Source of the DNA: an uncultured Actinomycetota bacterium
GTDB taxonomy: Bacteria; Actinomycetota; Actinomycetes; S36-B12; UBA10799
DNA length: 64,000 nt
Direction: 5' to 3'
NCBI GenBank assembly: GCA_963704075.1
Contig: CAVPGV010000013.1
Location: 17,481 to 81,480 of the forward strand
The position numbers and the translations under genes were made by a program. Under the pieces are notes generated by a model. The model was not told where the DNA came from, did not search any database, and saw only the letters and a program-made list of their open reading frames with translations. Shown here in pieces: positions 11,089 through 21,511 of this stretch (its first letter is position 1; every line of letters starts with the position of its first letter).

Positions 11089-11837
11089 GCGGCCATTCCA
11101 AATGGGCCACCACGAAGCACAAGAAGGCGGCGATCGACGCCAAGCGCGGCAAGCTGTTCGCCAAGCTGATCAAGAACATCGAGGTGGCCGCACGCACCGG
11201 TGGGGGTGACCCCGACGGGAACCCGACGCTGTACGACGCGATTCAGAAGGCGCGGAAGAACTCGGTCCCTGTGGACAACATTGATCGAGCCGTCAAGCGC
11301 GGCTCGGGCGCCGAATCCGGCGGATCCGACTGGGAAACGATCATGTACGAGGGCTATGGCCCGCAAGGGGTCGCCGTACTCATCGAATGCCTCACCGATA
11401 ATCGCAACCGGGCCGCCGGTGAGGTTCGCGTCGCGATGAGCCGTAACGGGGGATCGATGGCCGATCCCGGCTCGGTGTCCTATCTGTTCGCACGAAAGGG
11501 CGTCGTGCTCGTGCCTGCCAGTGGGCTGACCGAAGATGACGTGCTGCTGGCCGTCCTCGACGCCGGGGCCGAGGAGGTCAACGATCTCGACGGCACGTTC
11601 GAGGTCATCTGCGAGCCGACCGATCTGGTGGCAGTGCGAACTGCTCTGCAGGATGCGGGACTTGACTACGACTCCGCGGAAGCCTCTTTCGTTCCCAGTG
11701 TGACCGTTCCGCTGGAGGCAGAGGGCGCGGCCAGGATCTTCCGTCTGCTGGAGGCGCTCGAGGACAGCGACGATGTGCAGAACGTGTATGCGAATTTCGA
11801 CGTGAGTGACGAGGTCATGGCACAGGTGAACGGCTGA
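11085..11837 (+). CDS. YebC/PmpR family DNA-binding transcriptional regulator
   Basis: [37 protein letters not shown].. is the canonical YebC N-terminus. 250 aa. Confidence 0.95.
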   Translation: MSGHSKWATTKHKKAAIDAKRGKLFAKLIKNIEVAARTGGGDPDGNPTLYDAIQKARKNSVPVDNIDRAVKRGSGAESGGSDWETIMYEGYGPQGVAVLIECLTDNRNRAAGEVRVAMSRNGGSMADPGSVSYLFARKGVVLVPASGLTEDDVLLAVLDAGAEEVNDLDGTFEVICEPTDLVAVRTALQDAGLDYDSAEASFVPSVTVPLEAEGAARIFRLLEALEDSDDVQNVYANFDVSDEVMAQVNG

Positions 11838-11932
11838 GTCTGACCAGTTCTGATAAGTATTGCCCCGTGACCAAGCGGCTTTCGCTGTCACGCCGATAGC
11901 GTAGGGTCCACGCGCCCGCAAGGAGGAACCCC

Positions 11933-13732
11933 GTGGCGAACAGCCCCGATCAGCCGAGTCCGAAGCGTCCGGCGGCCAAGAAGAGTCGTACTACCAGCGG
12001 TGACAAGGGATCCGGTGTCGTGCCCGAAGGGGCCAAGAAGGCGACTTCGGCCACCAGTAAGGCGCAAACGACCAGCTCACACAGTGAAGCGGCTGCCCCC
12101 GACAAACCCCCGGCGAAGAAGCCCGCCGCGAAGAAGCCCGCGGCGAAGAAACCCGCCGCGAAGAAGCCCGCGACCAAGAAGCCCGCCGCGAAGAAGCCCG
12201 CGGCCAAGAAACCCGCCGCGAAGAAGCCCGCGGCGAAGAAACCCGCGGCCAAGAAACCCGCGGCAAAGAAACCCGCCGCGAAGAAGGCTCCGAAGCAGCC
12301 GAGCCCGTTGCGCGGCAAACAGGCGAGCGTGGACGCCAAACGGTTGTCGGGGTGGGACTTCGCGACGTGGCGGATGGCCACCGACGACCCCGTCATGCGT
12401 TCGACCATGATCGGCCTATTGGTCTTGGACAAGAGTCCCGACTGGGAGGTCCTCAAGGAGCGTTACGAGCGCGCCACCCGTCTGGCGCCGATCCTGCGCT
12501 CCAGCGTCGTGGAGGGACCGATCGGCATCCAGACGCCACGTCTGGTCGTCGATCCCAACTTCGACCTGAATTTCCATATCCGCCGTTTCAGCATGCCGAA
12601 GGGGTCGACCTGGTCGGATGTCTTGGAAGACGCGCGCCGGCAGAGTATGACGGACTTCGACCGCGACCGGCCGTTGTGGAAGATGACTCTGCTGGAAGGC
12701 CTGCCCGGTGGTCGGGCGGCGCTGATCCTGAAACTGCATCACGCGATCGCCGATGGTCAGGGCGCGGTCCAGCTCGGCCTCGCCTTGTTCGACTTCGCAC
12801 CCGGAGGAGCCGATCTTGGTCCGATGCCGCCGGCTCCGGAGGCCGCCGTGCTGGACACGACCGGATTCCTCGAGGCGGTGATCCGCAACAACGTCGGGTG
12901 GGTCGCCCGGACGGCGGAAGACGCGATCAAGGGCCTGGGCCCCCTTACGATGGAGGCGGTCAAGAATCCCGGGGATCTCATATCGCGTGCCCGGCGGACC
13001 GCGGAATCGGTTTTCCGTTTCACGAGGATCCCGTTCGGACCGCTGTCGCCGATCATGCAGCAGCGCAGCATCAACTACCATTTCGACACCATCGACATGG
13101 ATTTCGGGGAGTACCGGGCTGCGGCGAAGCGGCGTGGCCGCAGCGTGAACGACATGTTCCTCGCGGCGATCAGCGTGGGGATGCATCGCTACCACGAACG
13201 GATGGGACGCCCGGTCGACGAGTTGCGCATGAACATGCCGATCTCCTTGCGGACCTCGGGTGAGGACGAGTCCAACGCGGTCACCATCGCACGTTTCGAG
13301 ATTCCGATCTCCAACGTCATCGACGACGTTCTGGAGACGGCTGCTCAGACCGTGCGTAGTTGGCGTGCGGAACCGGCCCTGAAACTGGCGGACAACCTGG
13401 CCGAGTTCTCCCGGTTCCTTCCTCCGGAGTTGCTATCGGCGGCGGCACAGACCTCCGATCTCACCGCCTCGAATGTCCCGGGTGTACCCGTCCCGGTGTG
13501 GCTGGCTGGGGCGCAGGTCGAGCGGATGTACCCGCTGGTCGCCACCATCGGCGCTGCGATCAACATCACGATGCTCACCTACAACGGCGTGGCCAGCGTC
13601 GGTATCAGCACCGACGACGCCGCAGTGGACGACCGGGACGAGCTGGTGCGCAGCCTGCGTCACGGGTTCCGGGAAGTGATCGGCTCTCCGGTCATCGCCG
13701 GTAATCCCTTGACGATCTCCCGCAAGGATTGA
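11933..13732 (+). CDS. wax ester synthase/diacylglycerol acyltransferase (WS/DGAT) with N-terminal Lys/Ala/Pro repeat tail
   Basis: 599 aa with the catalytic motif HHAIADGQG. The first ~125 aa are low complexity, including about 12 tandem PAAKK units. AAGGAGG sits 8 nt before the GTG start. Confidence 0.85.
   Translation: MANSPDQPSPKRPAAKKSRTTSGDKGSGVVPEGAKKATSATSKAQTTSSHSEAAAPDKPPAKKPAAKKPAAKKPAAKKPATKKPAAKKPAAKKPAAKKPAAKKPAAKKPAAKKPAAKKAPKQPSPLRGKQASVDAKRLSGWDFATWRMATDDPVMRSTMIGLLVLDKSPDWEVLKERYERATRLAPILRSSVVEGPIGIQTPRLVVDPNFDLNFHIRRFSMPKGSTWSDVLEDARRQSMTDFDRDRPLWKMTLLEGLPGGRAALILKLHHAIADGQGAVQLGLALFDFAPGGADLGPMPPAPEAAVLDTTGFLEAVIRNNVGWVARTAEDAIKGLGPLTMEAVKNPGDLISRARRTAESVFRFTRIPFGPLSPIMQQRSINYHFDTIDMDFGEYRAAAKRRGRSVNDMFLAAISVGMHRYHERMGRPVDELRMNMPISLRTSGEDESNAVTIARFEIPISNVIDDVLETAAQTVRSWRAEPALKLADNLAEFSRFLPPELLSAAAQTSDLTASNVPGVPVPVWLAGAQVERMYPLVATIGAAINITMLTYNGVASVGISTDDAAVDDRDELVRSLRHGFREVIGSPVIAGNPLTISRKD
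12107..12286 (+). repeat. tandem 15-bp repeat (about 12 units, consensus CCCGCSGCGAAGAAR) encoding (PAAKK)n
   Basis: Read directly from the sequence. In frame within the WS/DGAT ORF. Confidence 0.95.
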
Positions 13733-13818
13733 CCCCGCGTGTCATCCACAGCCTTCCCCGCGTCGCCGTCGAGAACCAGGTAGGCTGCCGTACAGTTGTA
13801 CGATCTCGAGGAGGCGGC

Positions 13819-14313
13819 ATGCGGGTACTCGCAGTGGATCCGGGTCTGACCCGCTGCGGCGTGGCTGCCGTCGAGTCCGGATCCGACGGCAAAGCGCGCT
13901 CGTTGCTGGCGGGTGTGATCCGGACCGATCCGCAGGACGAGCACGCGGTGCGATTGCGCCAGGTGTACGACGCCGTGCATGAACACCTGATGCAGATGGA
14001 CGTCGATGTGCTGGTCGTCGAGCGGGTGTTCAGCCAGAACAACGTACGGACCGCTATGGGCACGGCACAAGCAGCGGCAGTCTGCATGCTGGCCGCCACT
14101 CAGCTGGATCTGCCCGTACATCAGCACACGCCCACCGAGGTGAAGGCGGCCGTGACCGGATCGGGCCGCGCCGACAAGGCCCAGGTGGCGTTCATGGTGG
14201 GACGGATCCTCGGTCTGCGCGAGTTGCCCAAGCCCGTCGACGCGACAGATGCTCTGGCGCTGGGCATCTGTCACGTGTGGCGTTCACGCACGGCGGTGGC
14301 GGTGGGCCGATGA
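13819..14313 (+). CDS. ruvC: crossover junction endodeoxyribonuclease RuvC
   Basis: [16 protein letters not shown].. with GAGGAGG upstream. Trimmed from track ORF 13729. Confidence 0.93.
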   Translation: MRVLAVDPGLTRCGVAAVESGSDGKARSLLAGVIRTDPQDEHAVRLRQVYDAVHEHLMQMDVDVLVVERVFSQNNVRTAMGTAQAAAVCMLAATQLDLPVHQHTPTEVKAAVTGSGRADKAQVAFMVGRILGLRELPKPVDATDALALGICHVWRSRTAVAVGR

Positions 14314-14921
14314 TCGCCCAGATCCGCGGCCAGGTCGTGTTGCGCAGCGCCGAGGAGGTCGTCGTCGACGTTGGAGGTGTGGGCATCAGCGTGGTGGTCA
14401 CTCCCCGGACTGCAGCGGGCCTGGAGGTGGGACAGCAGTGTCTTCTCACCACCCATCTGGTGGTCCGGGAGGACAGCCTTACGTTGTTCGGCTTCGCGGA
14501 TGTGGGGGAGCGGGAGATCTTCCGGACCGTCCAGACCGTATCGGGCGTCGGACCGCGGTTGGCCCTGACCATGCTTTCCACACTGACCGCCGATCAGATC
14601 CGCGGTGCGATCGCCGACGAGGATGTGGCGGCGTTGATGACCGTGCCGGGGGTGGGTCGCAAAGGCGCACAGCGGATCATCGTCGACCTCAAGGACCGCT
14701 TGGGCGTCACGACCGCCGTGGCCGACACTGGCATCCCGTCCGAGGCGTCCTGGCGCACGCAGGTCAGCGCGGCGCTGACCGGTCTCGGCTGGTCGGCCAC
14801 AGAGGCTCAGACAGCGGTCGCCAGCGTCGCCCAGCAACCGGATTCCGGGCGTCTGACGGTGCCAGAGGCGCTTCGTCATGCCCTGCAGGTTCTGGATCGC
14901 AGTCCGGCGGTGGCACCGTGA
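14310..14921 (+). CDS. ruvA: Holliday junction branch migration complex subunit RuvA
   Basis: [32 protein letters not shown] overlap with ruvC. Confidence 0.93.
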   Translation: MIAQIRGQVVLRSAEEVVVDVGGVGISVVVTPRTAAGLEVGQQCLLTTHLVVREDSLTLFGFADVGEREIFRTVQTVSGVGPRLALTMLSTLTADQIRGAIADEDVAALMTVPGVGRKGAQRIIVDLKDRLGVTTAVADTGIPSEASWRTQVSAALTGLGWSATEAQTAVASVAQQPDSGRLTVPEALRHALQVLDRSPAVAP

Positions 14922-15967
14922 GCGATCCCATCGTCTCCACCGGTGCCGACGACTCCGAACGGCTCGTCGAAGGGGCGCTGCGGCCGACGTCGCTGCGTGA
15001 CTTCATCGGGCAGGAACGGGTCAAGGACCAGTTGCGGCTGGTCCTGTCGGCCGCAAAACAGCGTGAGCACGTCGCCGACCATGTCCTTCTCAGCGGACCC
15101 CCCGGTCTGGGCAAGACCACCCTGGCCATGATCATCGCCGCCGAACTCGGGACGGCGCTTCGCTTGACCAGTGGTCCGGCGATCACCCATGCAGGGGACT
15201 TGGCCTCGATCCTCACCGCGCTGCAACCCGGCGAGGTGATGTTCATCGACGAGATCCATCGATTGTCCCGGCCGGCCGAGGAGATGCTCTACATGGCCAT
15301 GGAGGACTTCCGGGTGGACGTCGTGGTGGGCAAGGGCCCCGGGGCGATGTCCATCCCGTTGGACCTGTCGCCGTTCACGCTGGTGGGCGCGACGACCAGG
15401 TCCGGGCTGCTGCCCGGCCCGTTGCGCGACCGGTTCGGCTTCACAGCGCACATGGACTTCTACGACCCCGCAGACCTTCAGCAGATCGTGCGGCGGGCGG
15501 CCAGTTTGATCGGGATTGAGGCGGACCCAGCCGCCCTGGAGATCATCGCCGGCCGTTCACGTGGTACGCCCCGGATCGCTAACCGACTCTTGCGGCGGGT
15601 CCGGGATTACGCACAGATCCACGGTGACACGCGCGTGGACGTCGACTCCACCGAGGCAGCGCTGGCGCTGTTCGAAGTCGACGCGATCGGCCTCGACCGA
15701 CTGGACCGCGCGGTGCTGAAGGCACTGATTGGCAACTTCGGTGGCGGCCCGGTGGGATTGTCGACGTTGGCCGTGGCCGTGGGGGAGGAGTCGGAAACGG
15801 TGGAAACAGTGTGCGAACCCTTCCTTCTGCGTTCCGGCTACTTGGCTCGGACCCCGCGTGGCCGCATTGCGACCGCCAGGGCGTACGCACACCTGGGCCT
15901 GGCACTTCCGGCAGGAGCCGATCAACTCACGCTGACCGATCCACAGGATGTCGCACCCGGCGGGTAG
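14918..15967 (+). CDS. ruvB: Holliday junction branch migration DNA helicase RuvB
   Basis: [16 protein letters not shown], Walker [12 protein letters not shown], and IDEIHRL. GTGA overlap with ruvA. The part of track ORF 14249..15967 upstream of 14918 is a spurious extension. Confidence 0.95.
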   Translation: MSDPIVSTGADDSERLVEGALRPTSLRDFIGQERVKDQLRLVLSAAKQREHVADHVLLSGPPGLGKTTLAMIIAAELGTALRLTSGPAITHAGDLASILTALQPGEVMFIDEIHRLSRPAEEMLYMAMEDFRVDVVVGKGPGAMSIPLDLSPFTLVGATTRSGLLPGPLRDRFGFTAHMDFYDPADLQQIVRRAASLIGIEADPAALEIIAGRSRGTPRIANRLLRRVRDYAQIHGDTRVDVDSTEAALALFEVDAIGLDRLDRAVLKALIGNFGGGPVGLSTLAVAVGEESETVETVCEPFLLRSGYLARTPRGRIATARAYAHLGLALPAGADQLTLTDPQDVAPGG

Positions 15968-15976
15968 GATCGGGCA

Positions 15977-16240
15977 GTGGAACTCGTGGTGTTGGCGTTG
16001 CCGTTGGTGCTGCTGTTCGGATTGTGGTTCACCATGATCCGTCCGCTGAGGCTGCGGCAGCGGGAGGCGCAGGCCGCCCAGATGGCGGTGCACGTGGGGG
16101 CCGAGGTGATGACGACGGCAGGTATCTACGGGACTGTCGTGTGGATGGAAGATCAGACGATCGGGTTGCAGATCAGCGACGGGGTCGTGGTGAAGTACGC
16201 GCGCGCCGCGGTGGCGAGTGTGATGGACGGCGAGGGATAG
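15977..16240 (+). CDS. yajC: preprotein translocase subunit YajC
   Basis: 87 aa with a single TM helix, then the conserved pattern MIRPLRLRQREAQ..VGAEVMTTAGIYGTV. Sits upstream of secD. Confidence 0.88.
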   Translation: MELVVLALPLVLLFGLWFTMIRPLRLRQREAQAAQMAVHVGAEVMTTAGIYGTVVWMEDQTIGLQISDGVVVKYARAAVASVMDGEG

Positions 16241-17974
16241 ATGGCTGCAGTAGCAAGGCCGAAACCATGGCGACCGCTGTTGTCGTTGCTGGTGATCATC
16301 ATCGGCCTCGGGGTGTGGGCCTTATGGCCCGGGACCTCCCACGTTCCGCGGCTCGGGCTGGACCTGCAAGGTGGCACCCAGGTCATCCTCGTCCCCAATC
16401 AGGCTGAGGGCGCAGGCGACATCACCGATGAGCAGTTGCAGCAGACGGTGGAGATCATCCGTCAGCGTGTCAACGGGTTCGGCGTCGCCGAGGCGGATGT
16501 GGCCATCCAGGGCTCAGGCAATGACGCGGCCATCGTGGTCTCGGTACCAGGGGTCAACCAGCGCGAGATCGCCGAGCAACTGAGCCAGACCGCACTGCTC
16601 GACTTCCGCCCGGTGTCGACAATCGTCGACCCGGCCATCATCGACACCACGGCGGCCCAGCCCGAGGACGCGGCGAACAACAACAACAAGAAGAAGAAGA
16701 ACAACAACAACAAGAACGGGGCCAGCGGCGAGAGTAGTTTCGCCGAAACGACCCCAAGCCCGGCAGCGGATGCCGCCAGCCCCGCTGCTGACTCCCCGAG
16801 CCCGGACAGCAGCCCAACGCAGGACGCGAACACGCAGGACGCGAACACGCTGGTGCCGCCGGTCGAGGGTGACAATGCGAACGACCCCGCCCTTGAGGAC
16901 GCACTGCTGAACCTCGATTGCACGGACCCTGGCAGCAGGCAGGGCGGCAAACCGGACAACCCCGAGAAATGGATCGTGACCTGCGATCGGGAGGGTACGG
17001 CGAAGTACTTGCTTGAACCGGCCTTCATCAAGGGCACCTCCATCACCAACGCCACCGCGGAACTCGCACAAGGCGGCGCCGGTGGTTGGGTCGTCAACCT
17101 GGAGTTCGACAGTGAAGGCGCGCAGGCGCTCTCCGAGATCTCCAACCGCCTGGTGAGCCTGCCCTCCCCGCAGAACCAGTTCGGAATTGTCCTTGACGGC
17201 CTGGTGGTCTCCTCGCCGTTCTTCCAGCAGCCGATCAACGACGGCCGTGCACAGATCAGCGGACAGTTCACCGCCGACGAGGCCAAGAACCTCGCGCAGG
17301 TCCTGAAGTTCGGAGCCCTGCCGTTGACGCTGGATATCGCATCGGTCGAAACAGTGACGCCGACTCTCGGCGCCGACTACCTCAAGGTCGGCTTGATCGC
17401 CGGTGCCCTCGGGCTCGGCCTGGTCGTGGTGTACCTGCTGTTCTACTACCGTGCACTGGGCATGGTGGCGGTGGTGTCGTTGGTGATCGCGGCCTTCATC
17501 ACGTACTTCGTCTTCGTCATCCTGGGCCGACAAGTCGGGCTGGCGCTGACCCTGGCCGGTGTGGCCGGTGCGATCGTGGCCATCGGTATCACCGCGGACT
17601 CCTTCGTGGTCTACTTCGAACGCATCCGGGACGAGATCCGCGAGGGTCGCAGCCTGCGGGCGGCGTGTGACGCCGGCTGGGCCCGAGCACGCAGCACGAT
17701 TCTGGCCGCGGACTTCGTATCGTTCCTGGCCGCGGTCATCCTGTACTACCTGTCGGTCGGGGCGGTTCGCGGTTTCGCCTTCGTGCTGGGCCTGACCACG
17801 CTGATCGACGTGATGGTGGCGTTCATCTTCACGCGACCGATGGTCAGCGTGCTCGCGCGTAGTGCGTGGTTCACCAGCGGGCACCCGCTGACCGGTCTGG
17901 ATCCGAAACGCTTGGGCGTCAAGACCATGCCCGGCCAGACATCGTCGCGCACCAAGGACAAGGTGGAGGTCTGA
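16241..17974 (+). CDS. secD: protein translocase subunit SecD (with low-complexity insertion)
   Basis: 577 aa. Conserved LGLDLQGGTQV, RVNGFGVAEADV and the C-terminal 6-TM SecD/F domain. Residues about 140-200 form an Asn/Lys then Pro/Ser/Ala/Asp-rich insert. Confidence 0.93.
   Translation: MAAVARPKPWRPLLSLLVIIIGLGVWALWPGTSHVPRLGLDLQGGTQVILVPNQAEGAGDITDEQLQQTVEIIRQRVNGFGVAEADVAIQGSGNDAAIVVSVPGVNQREIAEQLSQTALLDFRPVSTIVDPAIIDTTAAQPEDAANNNNKKKKNNNNKNGASGESSFAETTPSPAADAASPAADSPSPDSSPTQDANTQDANTLVPPVEGDNANDPALEDALLNLDCTDPGSRQGGKPDNPEKWIVTCDREGTAKYLLEPAFIKGTSITNATAELAQGGAGGWVVNLEFDSEGAQALSEISNRLVSLPSPQNQFGIVLDGLVVSSPFFQQPINDGRAQISGQFTADEAKNLAQVLKFGALPLTLDIASVETVTPTLGADYLKVGLIAGALGLGLVVVYLLFYYRALGMVAVVSLVIAAFITYFVFVILGRQVGLALTLAGVAGAIVAIGITADSFVVYFERIRDEIREGRSLRAACDAGWARARSTILAADFVSFLAAVILYYLSVGAVRGFAFVLGLTTLIDVMVAFIFTRPMVSVLARSAWFTSGHPLTGLDPKRLGVKTMPGQTSSRTKDKVEV
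16676..16717 (+). repeat. AAC/AAG trinucleotide tract encoding NNNNKKKKNNNNKN inside secD
   Basis: (AAC)4(AAG)4(AAC)4 AAG AAC, read directly. It is followed at 16819..16848 by a 15-bp tandem duplication (ACGCAGGACGCGAAC x2, encoding TQDAN x2). Confidence 0.95.
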
Positions 17975-19107
17975 TGTCCAGATTCGGTGACCTCGGCGGC
18001 AAGCTCTACCGCGGTGAGGTGTCCTACGACATCGTCGGACGACGAAACCGGTGGTATACGGTCTCCGCGGTCTTGATCGTTCTGGCCCTCGCTGGAATCC
18101 TGCTGCGAGGGCTGAACCTCGGTATCGAGTTCAAGGGCGGGGCGGAGTTCCTGGTCCCCAGTCAGTCGTGTTCGATCCAGGACGTCCGGACCGGCATCAG
18201 TGACACCGGGGTGGAGGTCGCGACGGTCACCGAAGTCGGTGGTGCGAACATCAGGGCCCAGACGCCGGCGGTGTCCAAGGAGCAGGATGCAGCTATCGTG
18301 CAGGCCTTGGCCGACACCTGCTCGGTCGACGCCGACCAGATCTCCAGTCGCAACGTGGGTCCCACCTGGGGCGGTGAGATCACCAGACAGGCCCTGATCG
18401 CGCTCGCGGTCTTCCTGGCTGCCGTGGTCATCTTCTTGTCGATCTACTTCCAATGGCAGATGGCGGTGGCCGCCTTGGTCGCCCTTGCCCACGACATCCT
18501 CATCACAGCGGGTATCTACGCCCTGGTGGGATTCGAAGTCACCCCGGCGACCGTGATCGGCCTACTCACGATCCTCGGGTACTCGCTGTACGACACGGTG
18601 GTGGTCTTCGACAAGGTCAAGGAGAACACCAAGGGGGTCACCGGTCAGAGCCGGTACACCTACGGAGAACTTGCCAACCTGGCGCTGAACCAGACACTGA
18701 TCAGATCGATCAACACGTCGATCGTGGCGCTGCTGCCGGTCGGGGCCATCCTGTTCGTCGGAGCCGGTCTGCTCGGTGCCGCGACCCTCATGGACCTGGC
18801 GCTGGTCCTATTCATCGGAATGGCGGTGGGCACCTACTCGTCGGTGTTCGTGGCAACCCCGGTGCTGTGCCAGATCAAGGAGCGGGAACCGGCGATGAAG
18901 GCCCTGTCCGCTCGCGTCGCGAAACGTCGTGCCGCGCGTGGCGAGCAGACCCCGGGCGAATCCGCCGCTGAGGATCAAGGCCCGACGGTGAGCATCGCTT
19001 CGGGAGCGATGGCGCCATCGGTGGAGCGACGGCATCGCCAGAACCGAGAGGCGTCGTCCACGCGTGTTCAGCCGAAGCGCACAAGTCGGTCGAAACGGCG
19101 CGGCTAA
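17974..19107 (+). CDS. secF: protein translocase subunit SecF
   Basis: MSRFGDLGGKLYRGEVSYDIVGRRNRWY.., then GIEFKGG and the 6-TM domain. ATG overlaps the secD TGA. Trimmed from track ORF 17866. Confidence 0.93.
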   Translation: MSRFGDLGGKLYRGEVSYDIVGRRNRWYTVSAVLIVLALAGILLRGLNLGIEFKGGAEFLVPSQSCSIQDVRTGISDTGVEVATVTEVGGANIRAQTPAVSKEQDAAIVQALADTCSVDADQISSRNVGPTWGGEITRQALIALAVFLAAVVIFLSIYFQWQMAVAALVALAHDILITAGIYALVGFEVTPATVIGLLTILGYSLYDTVVVFDKVKENTKGVTGQSRYTYGELANLALNQTLIRSINTSIVALLPVGAILFVGAGLLGAATLMDLALVLFIGMAVGTYSSVFVATPVLCQIKEREPAMKALSARVAKRRAARGEQTPGESAAEDQGPTVSIASGAMAPSVERRHRQNREASSTRVQPKRTSRSKRRG

Positions 19108-19176
19108 CGCCGTTGGGCAAGGATCGCCCCGGCCCGTAGACTCGGGAACACGAGTGAGGCGGTGACCTGATGGCGC

Positions 19177-21456
19177 GTGAGACGGCCCAGACTCTCGGGA
19201 ACCGATGAGTCGTCGGTGCCCGCGTCTGCTGTCAGTCGTGTCCAGGACGTCCCCCGGCGCCGGCAACTGCTGTCGCGGCTGACCGGCAGTGGCCGCACCT
19301 CGATCCCCGAACTCGAGCCGTTGTTGCGCACCCTGCGGCAGTTCCACCCCAAGGCGAACCGGCAGGTCGTCGAACGCGCCTACGTGATGGCAGCACACCT
19401 GCATTCGGGACAGAAACGCCGTAGCGGGGAACCGTACATCACCCATCCCCTGGCCGTGGCCACGATCCTGGCCGAACTCGGCATGACTCCGACCACCCTG
19501 GCCGCAGCACTTCTGCACGACACGGTCGAGGACACCGCCTACCCCTTGTCCCGGCTGCGCGAGGACTTCGGCGACGAGGTTGCGCGCTTGGTCGACGGGG
19601 TCACCAAGCTCGACAAGGTCCAGTACGGTGATGCGTCCGCGGCGGAGACCGTGCGCAAGATGGTCGTGGCGATGGCCCGCGACATCCGGGTGCTGGTCAT
19701 CAAACTCGCCGACCGACTTCACAACATGCGCACCATCGGGTGGATGCCGGAGGACAAGCAGCAGAAGAAGTCCCGCGAAACGCTGGAGATCTACGCGCCA
19801 CTGGCCCACCGGCTCGGCATGAACACGATCAAGTGGGAACTCGAAGACCTCGCCTTCGCAACGCTGTTCCCGAAGATGTACGACGAGATCGTCCGTCTGG
19901 TAGGACAACGGGCGCCGTCGCGCGATGAGTACCTCGGACAGGTGCTCGCCCTGATCGACGACGAGTTGAAGTCCAACCGGATCAAGGCGAAGGTCAACGG
20001 CCGGCCGAAGCACTACTACAGCGTGTATCAGAAGATGATCGTGCGAGGCCGTGACTTCGCCGATATCTACGACCTGGTGGGGGTCCGCATCCTGGTGGAC
20101 TCGATCCAGGACTGCTACGGAGTTCTGGGCCTGCTGCACGCGAAGTGGAACCCGGTACCGGGCCGTTTCAAGGACTACATCGCCAGCCCACGCTACGGCG
20201 TCTACCGCTCGCTGCACACGACGGTCATCGGGCCGGAGGGCAAACCCGTCGAGGTGCAGATCCGCACCCAGGAGATGCACCAGCAGGCCGAGTACGGTGT
20301 GGCGGCGCACTGGCGGTACAAGCAAGGGCGCAGTGGAGTCGACGACGGCCCGGACGAGTTCGCCTGGCTTCGACAACTGCTCGAGTGGCAGCGCGAGACC
20401 GAGGATCCCGACGAGTTCCTGGACAGCCTGCGGTACGAGCTCGGCTCGGGGGAACTGTTCGTGTTCACCCCCAAGGGTGACGTCATCTCGCTACCGGCCG
20501 GTGCAACGCCGGTGGACTTCGCCTACTCGGTGCACACCGAGGTCGGTCACCGGACGATCGGCGCCCGCGTCAACGGCAAACTCGTCCCGCTCGAGTCACG
20601 CCTGGACAACGGCGACACCGTGGAGATTTTCACATCGAAGACCGAGGGGCAGGGACCCTCGCGTGACTGGTTGAACTTCGTGGCCTCACAGAGGGCTCGC
20701 AGCAAGATCCGTGCGTGGTTCACGCGGGAGCGGCGCGAGGAAGCGGTGGAGCACGGCAAGGACATGCTGCTGCGCGAGTTGCGGCGCCGTTCACTGCCGA
20801 TGCAGCGCCTGCTGAACACCCCGGATCTGCTGAGCATCGCCGCCTACTACCGGATGTCGGATGTCAGTGCCCTCTACGCCGCGATCGGCGAGAGCAAACT
20901 CGACGCCGGGGTCGTCGTGGACCGCCTCATCGCCGGACGCGGTGGGAGCGAGGCCGCGACCGACGACACCGAAGAAGAGACGCCACCGCCCTCGGTGCGT
21001 TCCCGGTCGGCCGGTGACCCGGGTGTCGCTGTGGCCGGCACGGACGACGTCCTGGTCCGGCTGTCGAAATGCTGCACCCCGGTGCCCGGCGACGAAATCG
21101 TCGGCTTCGTGACCCGGGGCAGCGGGGTTTCGGTACACCGCAAGGACTGCGTGAACTTCCCCGAGTTGGCCCAGCAGCCCGATCGCCTGGTCGAGGTGAC
21201 GTGGCGGCCCAGCGCCGAATCGGTGTTCCTGGTCAACATCCAGGTGGAAGCACTGGATCGTGCCCGGCTGCTCTCAGACGTAGCACGAGTGCTGTCCGAC
21301 AACCACGTCAACATTCTCTCCGCGTCGTCGACCACCAACCGCGACCGGATCGCCATCTCGCGCTTCACGTTCGAGATGGCCGACCCGAAGCACCTCGGGG
21401 CCGTGCTCAAGGGAGTTCGGTCCGTCGAAGGGGTCTTCGACGCCAAGCGGGTGTGA
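19177..21456 (+). CDS. relA: bifunctional (p)ppGpp synthetase/hydrolase RelA/SpoT homolog
   Basis: 759 aa with an HD domain ([20 protein letters not shown]), a synthetase domain (YRSLHTTV), and TGS and ACT-like C-terminal domains. Confidence 0.95.
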   Translation: MRRPRLSGTDESSVPASAVSRVQDVPRRRQLLSRLTGSGRTSIPELEPLLRTLRQFHPKANRQVVERAYVMAAHLHSGQKRRSGEPYITHPLAVATILAELGMTPTTLAAALLHDTVEDTAYPLSRLREDFGDEVARLVDGVTKLDKVQYGDASAAETVRKMVVAMARDIRVLVIKLADRLHNMRTIGWMPEDKQQKKSRETLEIYAPLAHRLGMNTIKWELEDLAFATLFPKMYDEIVRLVGQRAPSRDEYLGQVLALIDDELKSNRIKAKVNGRPKHYYSVYQKMIVRGRDFADIYDLVGVRILVDSIQDCYGVLGLLHAKWNPVPGRFKDYIASPRYGVYRSLHTTVIGPEGKPVEVQIRTQEMHQQAEYGVAAHWRYKQGRSGVDDGPDEFAWLRQLLEWQRETEDPDEFLDSLRYELGSGELFVFTPKGDVISLPAGATPVDFAYSVHTEVGHRTIGARVNGKLVPLESRLDNGDTVEIFTSKTEGQGPSRDWLNFVASQRARSKIRAWFTRERREEAVEHGKDMLLRELRRRSLPMQRLLNTPDLLSIAAYYRMSDVSALYAAIGESKLDAGVVVDRLIAGRGGSEAATDDTEEETPPPSVRSRSAGDPGVAVAGTDDVLVRLSKCCTPVPGDEIVGFVTRGSGVSVHRKDCVNFPELAQQPDRLVEVTWRPSAESVFLVNIQVEALDRARLLSDVARVLSDNHVNILSASSTTNRDRIAISRFTFEMADPKHLGAVLKGVRSVEGVFDAKRV

Positions 21457-21511
21457 GGCGATTCCGCGAGCCTGACCATTGCCGCGTCGGTAGACCTCCG
21501 CCGACCCGGTT

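Noticed and set aside
12107-12286. Regular 15-bp repeats that might be mistaken for a CRISPR-like or minisatellite array
   Set aside because: There are no spacers (units are contiguous), the units are far too short for CRISPR, and they are in frame within a long ORF encoding PAAKK.
14249-14917. 223-codon N-terminal extension of the ruvB ORF
   Set aside because: It overlaps all of ruvA in another frame. RuvB homology begins at the GTG at 14918, which overlaps the ruvA stop.
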